From: Thermococcus sp. JdFR-02
GTDB taxonomy: Archaea; Methanobacteriota_B; Thermococci; Thermococcales; Thermococcaceae
Direction: 5' to 3'
DNA length: 64,000 nucleotides
Assembly: GCA_002009975.1 (NCBI GenBank)
Contig: MTLP01000007.1
Span: 80,764 to 144,763 of the forward strand
A model generated the notes under the pieces. That model made no database searches. It saw nothing but the letters and a program-made list of their open reading frames with translations, and was not told the origin of the DNA. A program made the translations under genes and the position numbers. Positions 9,053 to 19,707 of the stretch are shown one piece after another; positions within the stretch are counted from its first letter, which is position 1; the number at the start of each line of letters is the position of its first letter.

Positions 9053-9877
9053 ATGGAATTGGTGGTTATAGGGCATGTTTCAATTGATCACATTAGGTTT
9101 CCAAAGAAAGAGGAAATACTTTTACCGGGAGGAGCAGCGGCAGCTGTTGCAACTTCTGCAGCTTTGAGCGGTGCAAAGGTTGGCTTAGTAACTAAAGTTG
9201 GAAGAGATTTCCCAGAGGAATGGATGGAGAAGCTAAGAACTGTTTTAGATATAAAAGGGATTCACATTCTCGAGGGAAAAACGATTAACATTTACATGAT
9301 TTATCACGAAGATGGCACGGTTGATGCTCCAGTTGATATGGGTGTGGCTCAAAAGATGGGGGAAACAGAGATCCCAGAGGAATATTTGAATGCAAAGATG
9401 TTTCATATTGCCCCAATTCCACCAGAAGAGCAATTAAAATTAGTTAAGCGTTTAAAGGGGAAAAGAATAAGCATCGATTTTAATCCAACTTATATGGAAG
9501 ATTACAAAACTAAAAAAGAGCTTCTGAGAGAAATAATATCAAAAGTTGAAGTTGCTTTCCCAAATGAGAGGGAAGCTTTGACAATAACTGGAAAGCGAAA
9601 CTTAGAAGATGCGGCAAGAGAACTTCACAAGTGGGGAGCTAAGCTTATCATAATAACTCGTGGAGAAAAAGGAGTTCTCGTTTATGATGGGGAAAAGTTT
9701 GAGCACTTCAATTCCTTGCCTATAGATGAGATAGTTGATCCAACTGGAGCTGGGGATGCATTTGCGGGTGGATTTTTAGCATATTACGTTAAAAATAAGC
9801 CATTAAAGGAATGCATAACTCAGGGGCTTTTTAGAGCTAAAGAAGTCTTGAGGAAATGGGGAAGCTGGAGCGTTTAG
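9053..9877 (+). CDS. PfkB/ribokinase family kinase (probable nucleoside kinase)
   Basis: PGGAAA, PNEREA, ITRGEKG, VDPTGAGDAFAGGF. Confidence 0.9.
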   Translation: MELVVIGHVSIDHIRFPKKEEILLPGGAAAAVATSAALSGAKVGLVTKVGRDFPEEWMEKLRTVLDIKGIHILEGKTINIYMIYHEDGTVDAPVDMGVAQKMGETEIPEEYLNAKMFHIAPIPPEEQLKLVKRLKGKRISIDFNPTYMEDYKTKKELLREIISKVEVAFPNEREALTITGKRNLEDAARELHKWGAKLIIITRGEKGVLVYDGEKFEHFNSLPIDEIVDPTGAGDAFAGGFLAYYVKNKPLKECITQGLFRAKEVLRKWGSWSV

Positions 9878-9974
9878 CTTTTCTCTATTTTTACGCTAAG
9901 GAAAATTTGAAAGTTGCTCGTTTAGAAGAATGTAACAAAAAAGCTTTTAAAATTCGCCTTCAGATGTTCTAAAC

Positions 9975-10760
9975 ATGTCCGTAATTGATTCAATCAGAGA
10001 ATTTTTGTGGGAATACTTCATAAGACCCATGTACACGAGAGAAGGTTATAATGCTTACAATACTCTTGTCTATGGCTTCCTCTTAGGTGTTGGCATAATC
10101 TACTCCTATAAAATTGTTGAAAGGCTTAAAATTAAAATCGATGAAAGGCTCATCTATTCGGTTGCTCCTATGATAGTTTTTGGCTCAACAACGAGGGCTT
10201 TGGTTGATGCTGGAGTTTTGCCCAAAAATCCTCTAATTTTAACTCCCGGAATATTTTTCACAGCATTTTTCCTAATACTCCCTGCTTTAGTCATCGATTC
10301 AAAAACAAAGAAATATCCCAAAATAACGGTTGCTTGGGGTTCCTTGCTAAGTCTAATAGCTCTTTATTTATTTGTAACCAATGTTGAATATCCAAAAGCC
10401 CTTTATCTGACAATAATATACACTCTAATCTTTTCAATTCCCTTACTTCCATTCTACAAGAAAATTGATAGGATATTTTTCTATGCTCTCTTAGCTCACA
10501 TGCTCGATATTGCTTCGACTTTGGTTGCAATTGTTTATCTTGGCTACTATGAAGTGCATTGGATTGAAGGCTGGCTTTCAAAAACTTTTGACCCTTTTGT
10601 CCTCTATCCTTGGAAATTGTTCATCTTGGCAGTTATTTATTATGGCTTAAAGTATTTAGTACCTAATGAAGAAGAGAGGAGATTTTGGTACGTTGCAGTG
10701 TTTATCTTGGGCTTTGCTCCCGGAGTTAGAGATACCGTGCAAATGGTTTTAATGGGTTGA
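9975..10760 (+). CDS. DUF63 family membrane protein
   Basis: GYNAYNTLVYG, RALVDAG, HMLD, LGFAPGVRD; multi-TM. Confidence 0.8.
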   Translation: MSVIDSIREFLWEYFIRPMYTREGYNAYNTLVYGFLLGVGIIYSYKIVERLKIKIDERLIYSVAPMIVFGSTTRALVDAGVLPKNPLILTPGIFFTAFFLILPALVIDSKTKKYPKITVAWGSLLSLIALYLFVTNVEYPKALYLTIIYTLIFSIPLLPFYKKIDRIFFYALLAHMLDIASTLVAIVYLGYYEVHWIEGWLSKTFDPFVLYPWKLFILAVIYYGLKYLVPNEEERRFWYVAVFILGFAPGVRDTVQMVLMG

Positions 10761-13271
10761 GTTTTTAATTCTTCTTCCCTCTTCAAGCTCCCTCTTCAAA
10801 ATCTTGGCGTTTTCTTCAACATCTCTTAATCTAAAGACCTTTGCAATTCTCTCTATAGCTTCAAGCTTCCTTATTATCCCATCAAGCCAAGTGAAAACGT
10901 CTCCGGGATAGAGGATTAAAGAATACTGCCTTCTAAAGTACTCGGCAATTTGTGTTGGATGTTTGCCATTCCTTCTAAGCTCAATTATGAGTTTGCTCAC
11001 TCTTTCCATTGCATATTCTGTGCATTCTTTTTCTTCACACATGAAAAAGTCCTGATAAATTAGGAAAAGCTTATCTTGAATGTTTGCACTAACTTCTGGC
11101 AAAACTTTATCCAGCTCATCTAAAATTGAGGCAAAGCTTGGTGAGAAGATATTACTCGAGAGCTTCCCCCTAACGGCACTCTCTAATTCTCTCTGCAAAA
11201 CACCTGTTAAGAAAACGTTTTCAAATGGCAACAGTTTTATGGCTATCTCCTCAACCTTCCTCTTTCTTAGGTTCTCTCTAATAAACTGGGCTTCATTTGG
11301 GAGTAAAAAGCTCATAGACACAGCTCTTCCATAGGGAGTGACATTAATTAGCTTTCCTCTTAAACGAACGAAATCGAATTCCTCAAGCTTCTTCAAAACT
11401 GCTTCAGCGTTTTGGTTTGCACCTAGGCATTTGCTCTGCAGTTCTTCCACATCATCTAAGTGAGAGAACAAACAGCTATGGGCTAAAACTTGGTCTTGCT
11501 CAAGCTCATCACTCCATTCCACAATAACAGGCTCAATTGGTGAACTTAATAGTTTAAAGGCTATTTCATCTTCACTTTGCTCCATTTGAGCCGAATATTT
11601 CTTACCTGGCTCAACTATGAGGTAAACTTTCCCTTTCTCATGAAATGTAGGCCTTCCAGCTCTTCCAAGCATTTGGTAGAACTCTCTAACGCTAAGCCAC
11701 TTATTTCCCATTGCCAAGCTTTCAAAGATGACTTGAGACGCAGGAAAATCAACACCAGCTCCTAAAGCTGCTGTAGTTACTACCACATCAAGCATTTGAG
11801 CTTGAAACTCCATTTCAGTTATCTTTCTTTGTGCGTAAGGTAAACCGCTGTGGTATGGCTTAGCTTTAAGTCCTCTACTTGTCAAAAAGGCTGAAAGCTC
11901 ATGACAACGCTTCCTTGAAAAAGTGAAAACAATACTTTGTCCTTTAAACCCTTGAGGTGATTTCCTAAGGCTTTCCGCTTTACAAAGCTCCGCTATATAA
12001 CGCCATTTATCGCTCTCGTTTCTTGCAATAATTATATGCCTCTCTAAAGCTACAGGTCTTTCATCGTAGGGGACTAACTTAAGGTTAAGCTCTTTTGCAA
12101 GATCTTGAGGGTTTCCAATCGTTGCACTTAAGCCTATGAACTGGGCTCTCGGATAGAGTTTTCTCAATCTTGCGATTAATCCATCTAAGCGAGGTCCCCT
12201 CTCTTCGTCATCAACCATATGAATTTCATCAATAACTATTGTTCCAATTTTTCCCAATTTTCGCCCAGCCCTTAAAAGGAAATCAACACCTTCGTAAGTT
12301 CCAACGATTATTTCAGCATCTATTCCAGTATCAACAACTACAAGCTCATCTCTCGTCTTAATTCTGCTCATCCCAACTCTAATGGCAACTCTTAATCCAA
12401 GCTTGCTATAGCGACGCTTAAAGTCTTCATACTTTTGATTAGCTAAAGCAACAAGAGGAACTAAAAAGAGCATTTTTTCTCCTTTTAAAGCTCTTGGAAT
12501 TCCTGCTAATTCACCAATGAGGGTTTTTCCACTTGCCGTTGCAGAGACTATTAAAAGGTTCTCCCCATCTAAAAGCCCATTTTGGATTGCTAAACTTTGA
12601 ACTGGTAAAAGCTCATTGATTCCTTCTTCTTTCAAAACCTCTTTAAATTTCTCTGGAATGTTGATTTCATCAATGCTGAGTCTTTTAATTTTCAAGCGCT
12701 TTGGCTTAAGCTCATCCCATTTTGTTATTTCTGGATTTTTTATGGGGTCAAAGCGGGGATCAAAAACGGCCAAAACTTTATCTAAATCTTTAAATCGGTT
12801 CAAAAGTTTTTTTGCTTGGTCAAACATTGCTATGCTTCTAAATCTAAAGCGGAGCTCATTTTTTAGCTCTTCCTCAGCACAGCTTTGGCAGATATATTCT
12901 CTATGAAACCTTATTTTATTCCCTTCTGTTAGGACTGTGATATGACCATTTAAGAGGCAAAACCTGCAAAGATTCGCCTTCTCAACTTGCTTATTTTGGA
13001 GTCTCTCTTTAAAATAGCGCTCTATTTCATCATCAACTTCCACTAAAACAATTCTCGCTTTTTTTAAAGCCTTTTCAATCTCCTTTGGATTTTTATACTC
13101 ACTCTTCTCAAGAACTTTAAATAACCTATTCTCTCGCATTATAAAGCGATAAATCTTATCTGCTTTTAACTTTTGCATTTGAGACAGCTTTTCAGGTTCT
13201 TTTTCAATGTAATACGCTTCAAGTTCATTTTTCTTTCTGCCCTTTCTCACCACAAAAAGCATTTCTCTCAC
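10749..13271 (-). CDS. Archaea-specific Ski2-like DEAD/DEAH helicase (ASH-Ski2 type)
   Basis: N-terminal CxxC...CxxC, SATASGKT, DEIH, SAT, QMLGRAGR motifs. Confidence 0.88.
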   Translation of the reverse strand: MREMLFVVRKGRKKNELEAYYIEKEPEKLSQMQKLKADKIYRFIMRENRLFKVLEKSEYKNPKEIEKALKKARIVLVEVDDEIERYFKERLQNKQVEKANLCRFCLLNGHITVLTEGNKIRFHREYICQSCAEEELKNELRFRFRSIAMFDQAKKLLNRFKDLDKVLAVFDPRFDPIKNPEITKWDELKPKRLKIKRLSIDEINIPEKFKEVLKEEGINELLPVQSLAIQNGLLDGENLLIVSATASGKTLIGELAGIPRALKGEKMLFLVPLVALANQKYEDFKRRYSKLGLRVAIRVGMSRIKTRDELVVVDTGIDAEIIVGTYEGVDFLLRAGRKLGKIGTIVIDEIHMVDDEERGPRLDGLIARLRKLYPRAQFIGLSATIGNPQDLAKELNLKLVPYDERPVALERHIIIARNESDKWRYIAELCKAESLRKSPQGFKGQSIVFTFSRKRCHELSAFLTSRGLKAKPYHSGLPYAQRKITEMEFQAQMLDVVVTTAALGAGVDFPASQVIFESLAMGNKWLSVREFYQMLGRAGRPTFHEKGKVYLIVEPGKKYSAQMEQSEDEIAFKLLSSPIEPVIVEWSDELEQDQVLAHSCLFSHLDDVEELQSKCLGANQNAEAVLKKLEEFDFVRLRGKLINVTPYGRAVSMSFLLPNEAQFIRENLRKRKVEEIAIKLLPFENVFLTGVLQRELESAVRGKLSSNIFSPSFASILDELDKVLPEVSANIQDKLFLIYQDFFMCEEKECTEYAMERVSKLIIELRRNGKHPTQIAEYFRRQYSLILYPGDVFTWLDGIIRKLEAIERIAKVFRLRDVEENAKILKRELEEGRRIKNSTH

Positions 13272-13314
13272 CGCTGAAAAGCTCGCAAGTTTGGTTTATA
13301 AGCTTTTAAGTTGA

Positions 13315-13809
13315 TCATCTACGGCGAGGACTTTTTCTCTTTTCAAAAGTTACCCCGTTCTCTTTGATTGTATCGAGGATCACGGTAACCTTATACTTTT
13401 TTAAATTCGCCTTTAATACGGTGTTCATTAGATATTCAACGAACTTATTAAGCTCACTCATATCTTTGAAGTTTGCCCTTATCATTATCGGGAACTCTCC
13501 AGTTTTTCTGTAAATTCCTAAAACATTTTCAAGTCTTCCAATTGCGTAAAGCTGTGTATTAACATGGGGACCATCCCTAATGACCTCTATTTCTATAATC
13601 GCTTGAATAAATTCGTTAAGAAAAGTCGGTTCGACTACTGCAGTGTAACCTTTAATTGCTCCCAATTTTTCAAGCTTATCAATCCTGTTTTTTATGCTTG
13701 CGGGACTTAATCCCAATTTAAAACCTAACTCAGTTAGAGTTATTTTTCCATTTTTTCTAAGTTCTCTTAAAATAGCCTCATCCTTTTCATCGAATGCCAT
13801 TTTCATCAA
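13315..13809 (-). CDS. Lrp/AsnC family transcriptional regulator
   Basis: DEKDEAILRELRKNGK...LEKLGAIKGYT HTH; C-terminal effector domain. Confidence 0.9.
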   Translation of the reverse strand: MMKMAFDEKDEAILRELRKNGKITLTELGFKLGLSPASIKNRIDKLEKLGAIKGYTAVVEPTFLNEFIQAIIEIEVIRDGPHVNTQLYAIGRLENVLGIYRKTGEFPIMIRANFKDMSELNKFVEYLMNTVLKANLKKYKVTVILDTIKENGVTFEKRKSPRRR

Positions 13810-13840
13810 AGAAAAAATTAGAGGTTAGAGGTTAATAAGT

Positions 13841-14548
13841 TTATTCAATTGTGTGTAGTTGAGGTAGAGTTGAAACTTTTATTGGTTCTCCAAATGCTCT
13901 ATCTCCTGCATCTCCTAAACCTGGTAAGATATATCCTTTGGCATTTAACTCTCTGTCAATCTTTGTTACAAACACTTCAACCTCTGGAAACTCTTTTTTA
14001 ATTCTTTCAATTCCTTCTGGTGCTGCTAGGACTCCTAAAACTATTATCCTCTTTGGAGTTCCGTATTTTTTAACCTCTTGTATCACTTTGATTAAAGTTG
14101 AGCCTGTTGCAATCATTGGATCTGCAACAATCACCGTATCCTCTGGTCTTATATGTGGAATCTTGACATATTTCATCTCTATTTCAAATTTTGGTGGCTT
14201 TCCTCTGGAAGCTGAGATAATTCCTACCCTTGCATGCTCCAAAACTTTAATTAGCCCTTCCATTAAAGGAATTGCTGCTCTAAGGACGGTTATGATGACA
14301 ACGTTTTTCCTATCTTTGGCAATAACTCCCTCCGTTTCTTCCAGTGGTGTTTCAACTTTAATTTTCTCAAACTCCATAGTTTTTGTTAGCTCATAACCCA
14401 TGTATCTTCCAAGCTTAACTAATCCTTTCCTAAATGCTATACTGTCTGTGTTTTTGTCTCTAAGCTCTGTTAAAACTTCCATCAAAAATGGGGAATCCTC
14501 AAAGGAATATACACCTTTCCAACGCTTATCTTTCCTCATTTCCCTCAC
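13841..14548 (-). CDS. upp: Uracil phosphoribosyltransferase
   Basis: [13 protein letters not shown] motif, [13 protein letters not shown]. Confidence 0.95.
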   Translation of the reverse strand: MREMRKDKRWKGVYSFEDSPFLMEVLTELRDKNTDSIAFRKGLVKLGRYMGYELTKTMEFEKIKVETPLEETEGVIAKDRKNVVIITVLRAAIPLMEGLIKVLEHARVGIISASRGKPPKFEIEMKYVKIPHIRPEDTVIVADPMIATGSTLIKVIQEVKKYGTPKRIIVLGVLAAPEGIERIKKEFPEVEVFVTKIDRELNAKGYILPGLGDAGDRAFGEPIKVSTLPQLHTIE

Positions 14549-15828
14549 CTCAAGAGTTGATCTAAAATTATAGCGGTCAAAGCTCCAACAGCCATTCCAG
14601 ATTCTAAAATGCTCCCAATTATTTTAGGAAAATGCTCTAAAAACTCTGATGGAAGTTGTGGAGAGCCTAAACCAACTATTAAAGCACTTGCAATTATCAG
14701 CATGTTCCTATCGTTAAGCTCTACTTTTTCCTTTATTAGCCTAAGCCCTGTAACGCTTATCATTCCATAAAGTGCTATAGTTAAGCCGCCCAAGACTGGA
14801 GCTGGAATTGAAGCCAATATCCCAGAGAATTTTGGAATTAGTGAGAACAGGATTAAGATTACTCCGCCTATTTGAACAACTTGTCTGCTTGCAACTTTTG
14901 TTAGAGCTACTAGTCCTATGTTTTCTGAGTAGCTTGTCGTTCCACATGCTCCCAAAAGTCCTGCAATTGAACATGCCAAACCTTCACTCATTATTCCCCT
15001 GTTTATGTTTGTGTTCGTTATCTTTGCTTCACTTATTGCCGAAATAGCATGATAATCACCAACACTCTCGATTATACTCACCATAAAGGCAAATAGGAGT
15101 GTAATTATTGCTGTAATTTCAAAGATTGGCACTCCCCATGGCAAGGGCTTTGGAATGCTAAATGCTGGCAATTCTTTAACTAAGCTTAAGTCTACCATAC
15201 CAAGGACTAAGCTAATGAGATAACCAACGAAAGCTCCAACAATTACGGGCATAGCCCTTAATGAGCCTTTACCCTTTAGAGCTACGTATATTGTGGTTGC
15301 AAATGTTGTCAAAGCTATAAATGAAGCCTTTGGAATTGAAGCTCCAGAAGGATCAGCAAAAAAGTTGAAGGTGTATTTCACGGCTACATGGGCTAAGCTA
15401 AAGCCTATGAGCATTATTGTAACTCCTGTAACTAGTGGGGAGAATAGCTTTTTAACTTTCCCCACAATTCCAAATCCTCCAATCAAAGCTTCAAAGATTC
15501 CGCCAGCAATTAGAGCGCCTTCAACCGCTGCCAACCCTAAGCCTTTGCCAATGCTTATTAACCCTGGAATAAATGCAAAACTCGATCCTTGAACTATTGG
15601 ATATCTCGACCCTATGGTGGTTTGCAAAAGCGTCGCTATTCCCATTGCTAAAAGTACCACTTGAATCATAAGAGCTATATCGCTACTTTTAAGTCCTATC
15701 GCTGTTCCGACTACCAAAGGAACAGTTACTGTTGCTCCGAACATTGCAAGAACATGTTGAAGACCAAGAAGAACGGCTTTTTTATATTCAACTTTGTCCT
15801 CGATTCCAAATCTTATTCCATCGCTCAT
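14545..15828 (-). CDS. uraA: Uracil/xanthine (NCS2) permease
   Basis: [21 protein letters not shown]2 signature; adjacent to upp; start ATG 15828. Confidence 0.88.
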   Translation of the reverse strand: MSDGIRFGIEDKVEYKKAVLLGLQHVLAMFGATVTVPLVVGTAIGLKSSDIALMIQVVLLAMGIATLLQTTIGSRYPIVQGSSFAFIPGLISIGKGLGLAAVEGALIAGGIFEALIGGFGIVGKVKKLFSPLVTGVTIMLIGFSLAHVAVKYTFNFFADPSGASIPKASFIALTTFATTIYVALKGKGSLRAMPVIVGAFVGYLISLVLGMVDLSLVKELPAFSIPKPLPWGVPIFEITAIITLLFAFMVSIIESVGDYHAISAISEAKITNTNINRGIMSEGLACSIAGLLGACGTTSYSENIGLVALTKVASRQVVQIGGVILILFSLIPKFSGILASIPAPVLGGLTIALYGMISVTGLRLIKEKVELNDRNMLIIASALIVGLGSPQLPSEFLEHFPKIIGSILESGMAVGALTAIILDQLLR

Positions 15829-15901
15829 TAAAAGCCCGCTCAAGCTGTGAGAAATTTTGCTTAAAAAGTTTTCGGAAAAGGTAAAAATTAACAAAGATAT
15901 G

Positions 15902-16273
15902 TTAATCTCCAACTTCTGATGGAGGAATGTTATCTTCCCTTATTGGAATTAAGCAAAGAAATTCGAAGGTCTCTGAATCTTCATTTACAAATTGATGAAG
16001 TTCATTAGGCTTTATGAATGCGAAACTCCCAGGAACGAGCTTTATCTTTTTTCTTCCATCGGTTAAGTATCCTTCACCTTTAATCACGAATACCTCATGC
16101 TCCCATTCGTGTTGGTGTAGGGGGCTATGACCGCCTTTTCTAATAACAAAATAACGCATAGCAAAGGTTTTAGCACCAATTTTTGGAGCTATGAGCCACC
16201 TGATTGTTGTATTTTTGACGCCTTCCATTTCAACTTCTTTCTCTTCAATATCTTTGTAGTGGGACACAAACAT
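15902..16273 (-). CDS. Cupin domain protein
   Basis: HQHEWEHEVFVIKGEG and PNELHQF cupin motifs. Confidence 0.88.
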   Translation of the reverse strand: MFVSHYKDIEEKEVEMEGVKNTTIRWLIAPKIGAKTFAMRYFVIRKGGHSPLHQHEWEHEVFVIKGEGYLTDGRKKIKLVPGSFAFIKPNELHQFVNEDSETFEFLCLIPIREDNIPPSEVGD

Positions 16274-16391
16274 AATATCACCATAAAGAATAGCCTTTAA
16301 TACTTTTTAAAATTTCTAAAGTGAAGTTTGGCTTTCGCTCCATAACAGCTTTAAAAAATGAAGAACAATAGTTTTTCTTAGGTGGAGCTTA

Positions 16392-18083
16392 ATGAAAAAA
16401 CTATTGGTGTTGTTTTTAATAGGTTTGGTGTTGTTTTCAGCTGGATGTGCTCAAAAACAAGAAACACAAACTTCAGCTGCTTCATCCCCAACTCCAACTC
16501 AAACTCTGACAGAAACCGTAAAACCTACAGAGAGTGAAACAATTACAGAAACCCAAACAACAATTGCGAAAATAAAGAAGGAGATCAATTTTAAGGAGTA
16601 TAAGAGAGGAGAAATAATTGCCAACTGGGATAAACTTTTTGATACTAGTGTTATTTATGTTAGCGAAGGTTATGAGGACCTGGTTAGGTACTATTTCCCA
16701 AATGCAAAGATAAAACCTGCCAGTGAGTTCCAAGAGGGGATAGCTATTCTCTCCCCAAAAGATGCAAGGGAATTGCTAAGAGGAAAACCAATGCTAATAA
16801 CGATAAATGATTACTTTGGCTACGTAACTTACAAGGTTGGCTACAAGTTCATTGGCGAGGATATTGGAATGATGATTGCTTACAAAGAAGATGGTAAAGA
16901 CAGGCTCATTTTCACAGGAAATGGAAAAGCTGGCATAGGATCTTCCATTAGATATGCAATGGAGCTTAAAGAGGGTAAAAGACAGCCCAACCCAACCTAT
17001 ACCCTAAGAAGGGGAGAATTTGAAGGAGTTGTCGTTAAGGAAATTGGAGACAATGATTGGGATGGAATAGCGGATGAAGATGAGTACTGGGTTCTAAAGG
17101 AGATTTATTTCAAAGAGCCTTTTATTTATAATTGGCGTATTGTAAAAGGAGAAAATGTGACGGTAAAAGGAGGATTTATACGGCTTGTCAATGGTTCTAC
17201 CGTCTATATAAGAGCATTAGGGTTCAATATAAGCGTGGAGATTAAAGGATCTAAAAACGCCGCCATAGCATATGTAATTGAGAACATCAATCCGAAGATC
17301 ATGGAATTGCCCCAGGGCATTGAAGTTGGGGAGACGTGGATTAAGTTTACAACAAATAAGGAGGAGTTTAACATCTATGCTAAGGACATTGATGATTACA
17401 CCTTCATTGCATTTGGTGATAACAGACCCGGAAGTGGTAAAAAGCAGCCGGAAGTTTTCTTAAAGCTCATGGATATGATGAACAATGAAAACGCATTATT
17501 TATTGTGAGCGGTGGAGACTTGGTTTATTCTGGAAGGGTGGATGAATGGGGCGAGCTAATGAAAGTTTGGAACTTTAACAAGCCAGTTTTCATTGCTCCA
17601 GGTAATCACGAATATCAGGGAGAAGGTGTTAATGTTTATCATAAACTCTTTGGACCCGGAGATTACTCGTTTATTCTGGGCAATTACTACTTCATCTTTA
17701 TAAACAACGTTGAAAATGGGTATAAGCTGAGCAAATCCCAATGGCAATGGTTTGAAGGTGAGCTTGAAAGAGCTAAAGTTCTTAACAAAACACCAGTAAT
17801 CATTATGCATGCTCCCCCAGTTGATCCAAGACCAGGAGGAAAGCATTCAATGGACGAAAAAGAGGGTAAAAAAGTTCTAGAGTTGATGAAGCAGTACAAT
17901 GCCTTTGGAATTTTCAGTCATATTCATATTTACTGGTATGGAGAAATTGATGGTGTAAAATTCCTAGTTACTGGAGGTGGAGGAGCTCCACTGTATGCAA
18001 AAGAAGAGGAAGGAGGCTTTTACCATTACGTGAAGATTAATGTAAACGACAAAATACAGGTGGAACCAGTTAAAGTTAGCTAA
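16392..18083 (+). CDS. Lipoprotein with C-terminal calcineurin-like metallophosphoesterase domain
   Basis: Lipobox FSAGC, Thr-rich linker, FGDNR, GDLV, PGNHE, HIH motifs. Confidence 0.88.
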   Translation: MKKLLVLFLIGLVLFSAGCAQKQETQTSAASSPTPTQTLTETVKPTESETITETQTTIAKIKKEINFKEYKRGEIIANWDKLFDTSVIYVSEGYEDLVRYYFPNAKIKPASEFQEGIAILSPKDARELLRGKPMLITINDYFGYVTYKVGYKFIGEDIGMMIAYKEDGKDRLIFTGNGKAGIGSSIRYAMELKEGKRQPNPTYTLRRGEFEGVVVKEIGDNDWDGIADEDEYWVLKEIYFKEPFIYNWRIVKGENVTVKGGFIRLVNGSTVYIRALGFNISVEIKGSKNAAIAYVIENINPKIMELPQGIEVGETWIKFTTNKEEFNIYAKDIDDYTFIAFGDNRPGSGKKQPEVFLKLMDMMNNENALFIVSGGDLVYSGRVDEWGELMKVWNFNKPVFIAPGNHEYQGEGVNVYHKLFGPGDYSFILGNYYFIFINNVENGYKLSKSQWQWFEGELERAKVLNKTPVIIMHAPPVDPRPGGKHSMDEKEGKKVLELMKQYNAFGIFSHIHIYWYGEIDGVKFLVTGGGGAPLYAKEEEGGFYHYVKINVNDKIQVEPVKVS

Positions 18084-18180
18084 CCTCTCTTTTATGTTCT
18101 TTTTTGTTCTTTAATGCCTCAAGTTGGTTAGAAAGGTTATTAAACTCTTAATGCATGAAAGAGCAATTGGAGGTGATATT

Positions 18181-18351
18181 ATGCAGCCTCCTAAAAAGAA
18201 GAGACCTCTTGAGGAGGAAGAGTTTGAAGAGGAGTTTTTTGAAGAAGAGGAAGTGGAATTTGAAGAGTGGGATGAGGATTGGGAAGAGGAAGAATTTGAA
18301 GAAGATTGGGAGGAAGACTGGGAAGAGGAGTGGGACGAGGACGAGTGGTAG
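18181..18351 (+). CDS. 56-aa highly acidic Trp/Phe-containing small protein
   Basis: GGAGGTGA RBS before ATG 18181; MQPPKKKRPL followed by an E/D/W/F tract; T-rich tract after the stop. Confidence 0.75.
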   Translation: MQPPKKKRPLEEEEFEEEFFEEEEVEFEEWDEDWEEEEFEEDWEEDWEEEWDEDEW

Positions 18352-18461
18352 TTTCTTTTTGTTAAGGTCTGTTTGACTTTTGATATATATTCTATATAGT
18401 AATTTCTGGATGTCTATATTCTATTGCGGAAAACTATTTATTTATCCCCTCTTAGCGGTAT

Positions 18462-19703
18462 TTGGTGGTGATGATGATCGATATAGCTCTGTTAACTAAT
18501 CCCTGGTTTTTAATCACGATAGTTGTTGGTCTTTCTATGGCTTGGGCAATAGGAGCTAATGATGCTGCAAATTCAATGAGTACCGCTGTTGGTGCAAGGG
18601 CAATAACTCCAAAGCAAGCGGTTTTAATCGCTGCAGTTTTAGAGTTTACTGGAGCCTATTTCTTTGGAAAAAGCGTTACTGAGACCATAAGGAAAGGTAT
18701 AATCGATCCATCTATGATAAGCGAACCAAATGTATTAATTTATGGTTCAATAGCCGCTCTTTTAGCGGCAACCCTTTGGTTGCTCATAGCAACGAAGTTC
18801 GGTTTGCCAGTTTCAACAACTCACTCAATTATAGGTGGAATAGTTGGTTATGGTATCGTTTATGCTGGATTTGGAATAGTAAATTGGGGCAAAATGACTC
18901 AGGTAGTCTTGAGCTGGTTCCTTTCACCGGTTTTTGGTGCAATAATGGCATATGTTGTATTTAGGACGATTAGAAAAAGTATTCTAATGTCTAAAGATCC
19001 AATTAAGAGTGCTAAGCGTTATGCTCCAGTTTGGATTGGGTTAGCCTTTGTTGTTATTGGAACTATGTTTTACATTAAAACCCTGCATGGAAAGGATATA
19101 ATAACAGCTTTAAAGTATGGAGTTTTAGCTGGATTCTCAGCTTTCTTGATAAGCTTCTTCTTATTGAGGAATCATGTTCTAACAAAAGATCCCTATTTAG
19201 CAGTTGAGGGAATATTTAAGAAGGTTCAAGTCTTAACTTCTTGTTATGTGGCTTTATCACATGGGGCAAATGATGTTGCAAATGCCATAGGTCCAGTTGC
19301 GGCAGTTTATGCGGTTGCCACAATGGGTTTAGCTGGAATGAAAGTTCCCGTTCCAAAGTGGATTTTGGCAATGGGTGGATTAGGAATTGCAGTGGGTGTT
19401 GCAACATGGGGTTACAAGGTTATGGAGACCGTTGGAAAGAGGATCACAGAGCTTACAAATACGAGAGGATTTAGCATAGACTTTGCCGCTGCAACGACTG
19501 TATTAATTGCTTCACGCCTGGGTATGCCAATTTCAACAACACATACTGTAGTAGGTGCTGTTATTGGTGTTGGATTAGCCAGAGGAGTAAAAGCAATAAA
19601 CAAGAACGTCGTTAGGGATATTATAATCTCATGGTTCATTACAGTTCCTATAGCGGCAATAATTTCGGCGATTATATTCAAGATTTTAATGTTTATGGGG
19701 TGA
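18462..19703 (+). CDS. pit: PiT family inorganic phosphate transporter
   Basis: GANDAAN and HGANDVAN repeats, PVSTTH/PISTTH. Confidence 0.95.
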   Translation: MVVMMIDIALLTNPWFLITIVVGLSMAWAIGANDAANSMSTAVGARAITPKQAVLIAAVLEFTGAYFFGKSVTETIRKGIIDPSMISEPNVLIYGSIAALLAATLWLLIATKFGLPVSTTHSIIGGIVGYGIVYAGFGIVNWGKMTQVVLSWFLSPVFGAIMAYVVFRTIRKSILMSKDPIKSAKRYAPVWIGLAFVVIGTMFYIKTLHGKDIITALKYGVLAGFSAFLISFFLLRNHVLTKDPYLAVEGIFKKVQVLTSCYVALSHGANDVANAIGPVAAVYAVATMGLAGMKVPVPKWILAMGGLGIAVGVATWGYKVMETVGKRITELTNTRGFSIDFAAATTVLIASRLGMPISTTHTVVGAVIGVGLARGVKAINKNVVRDIIISWFITVPIAAIISAIIFKILMFMG

Positions 19704-19707
19704 GAAA

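Noticed and set aside
10749-13271. Possible intein in the helicase
   Set aside because: Helicase motifs are normally spaced; no intein splice motifs or LAGLIDADG insert seen.
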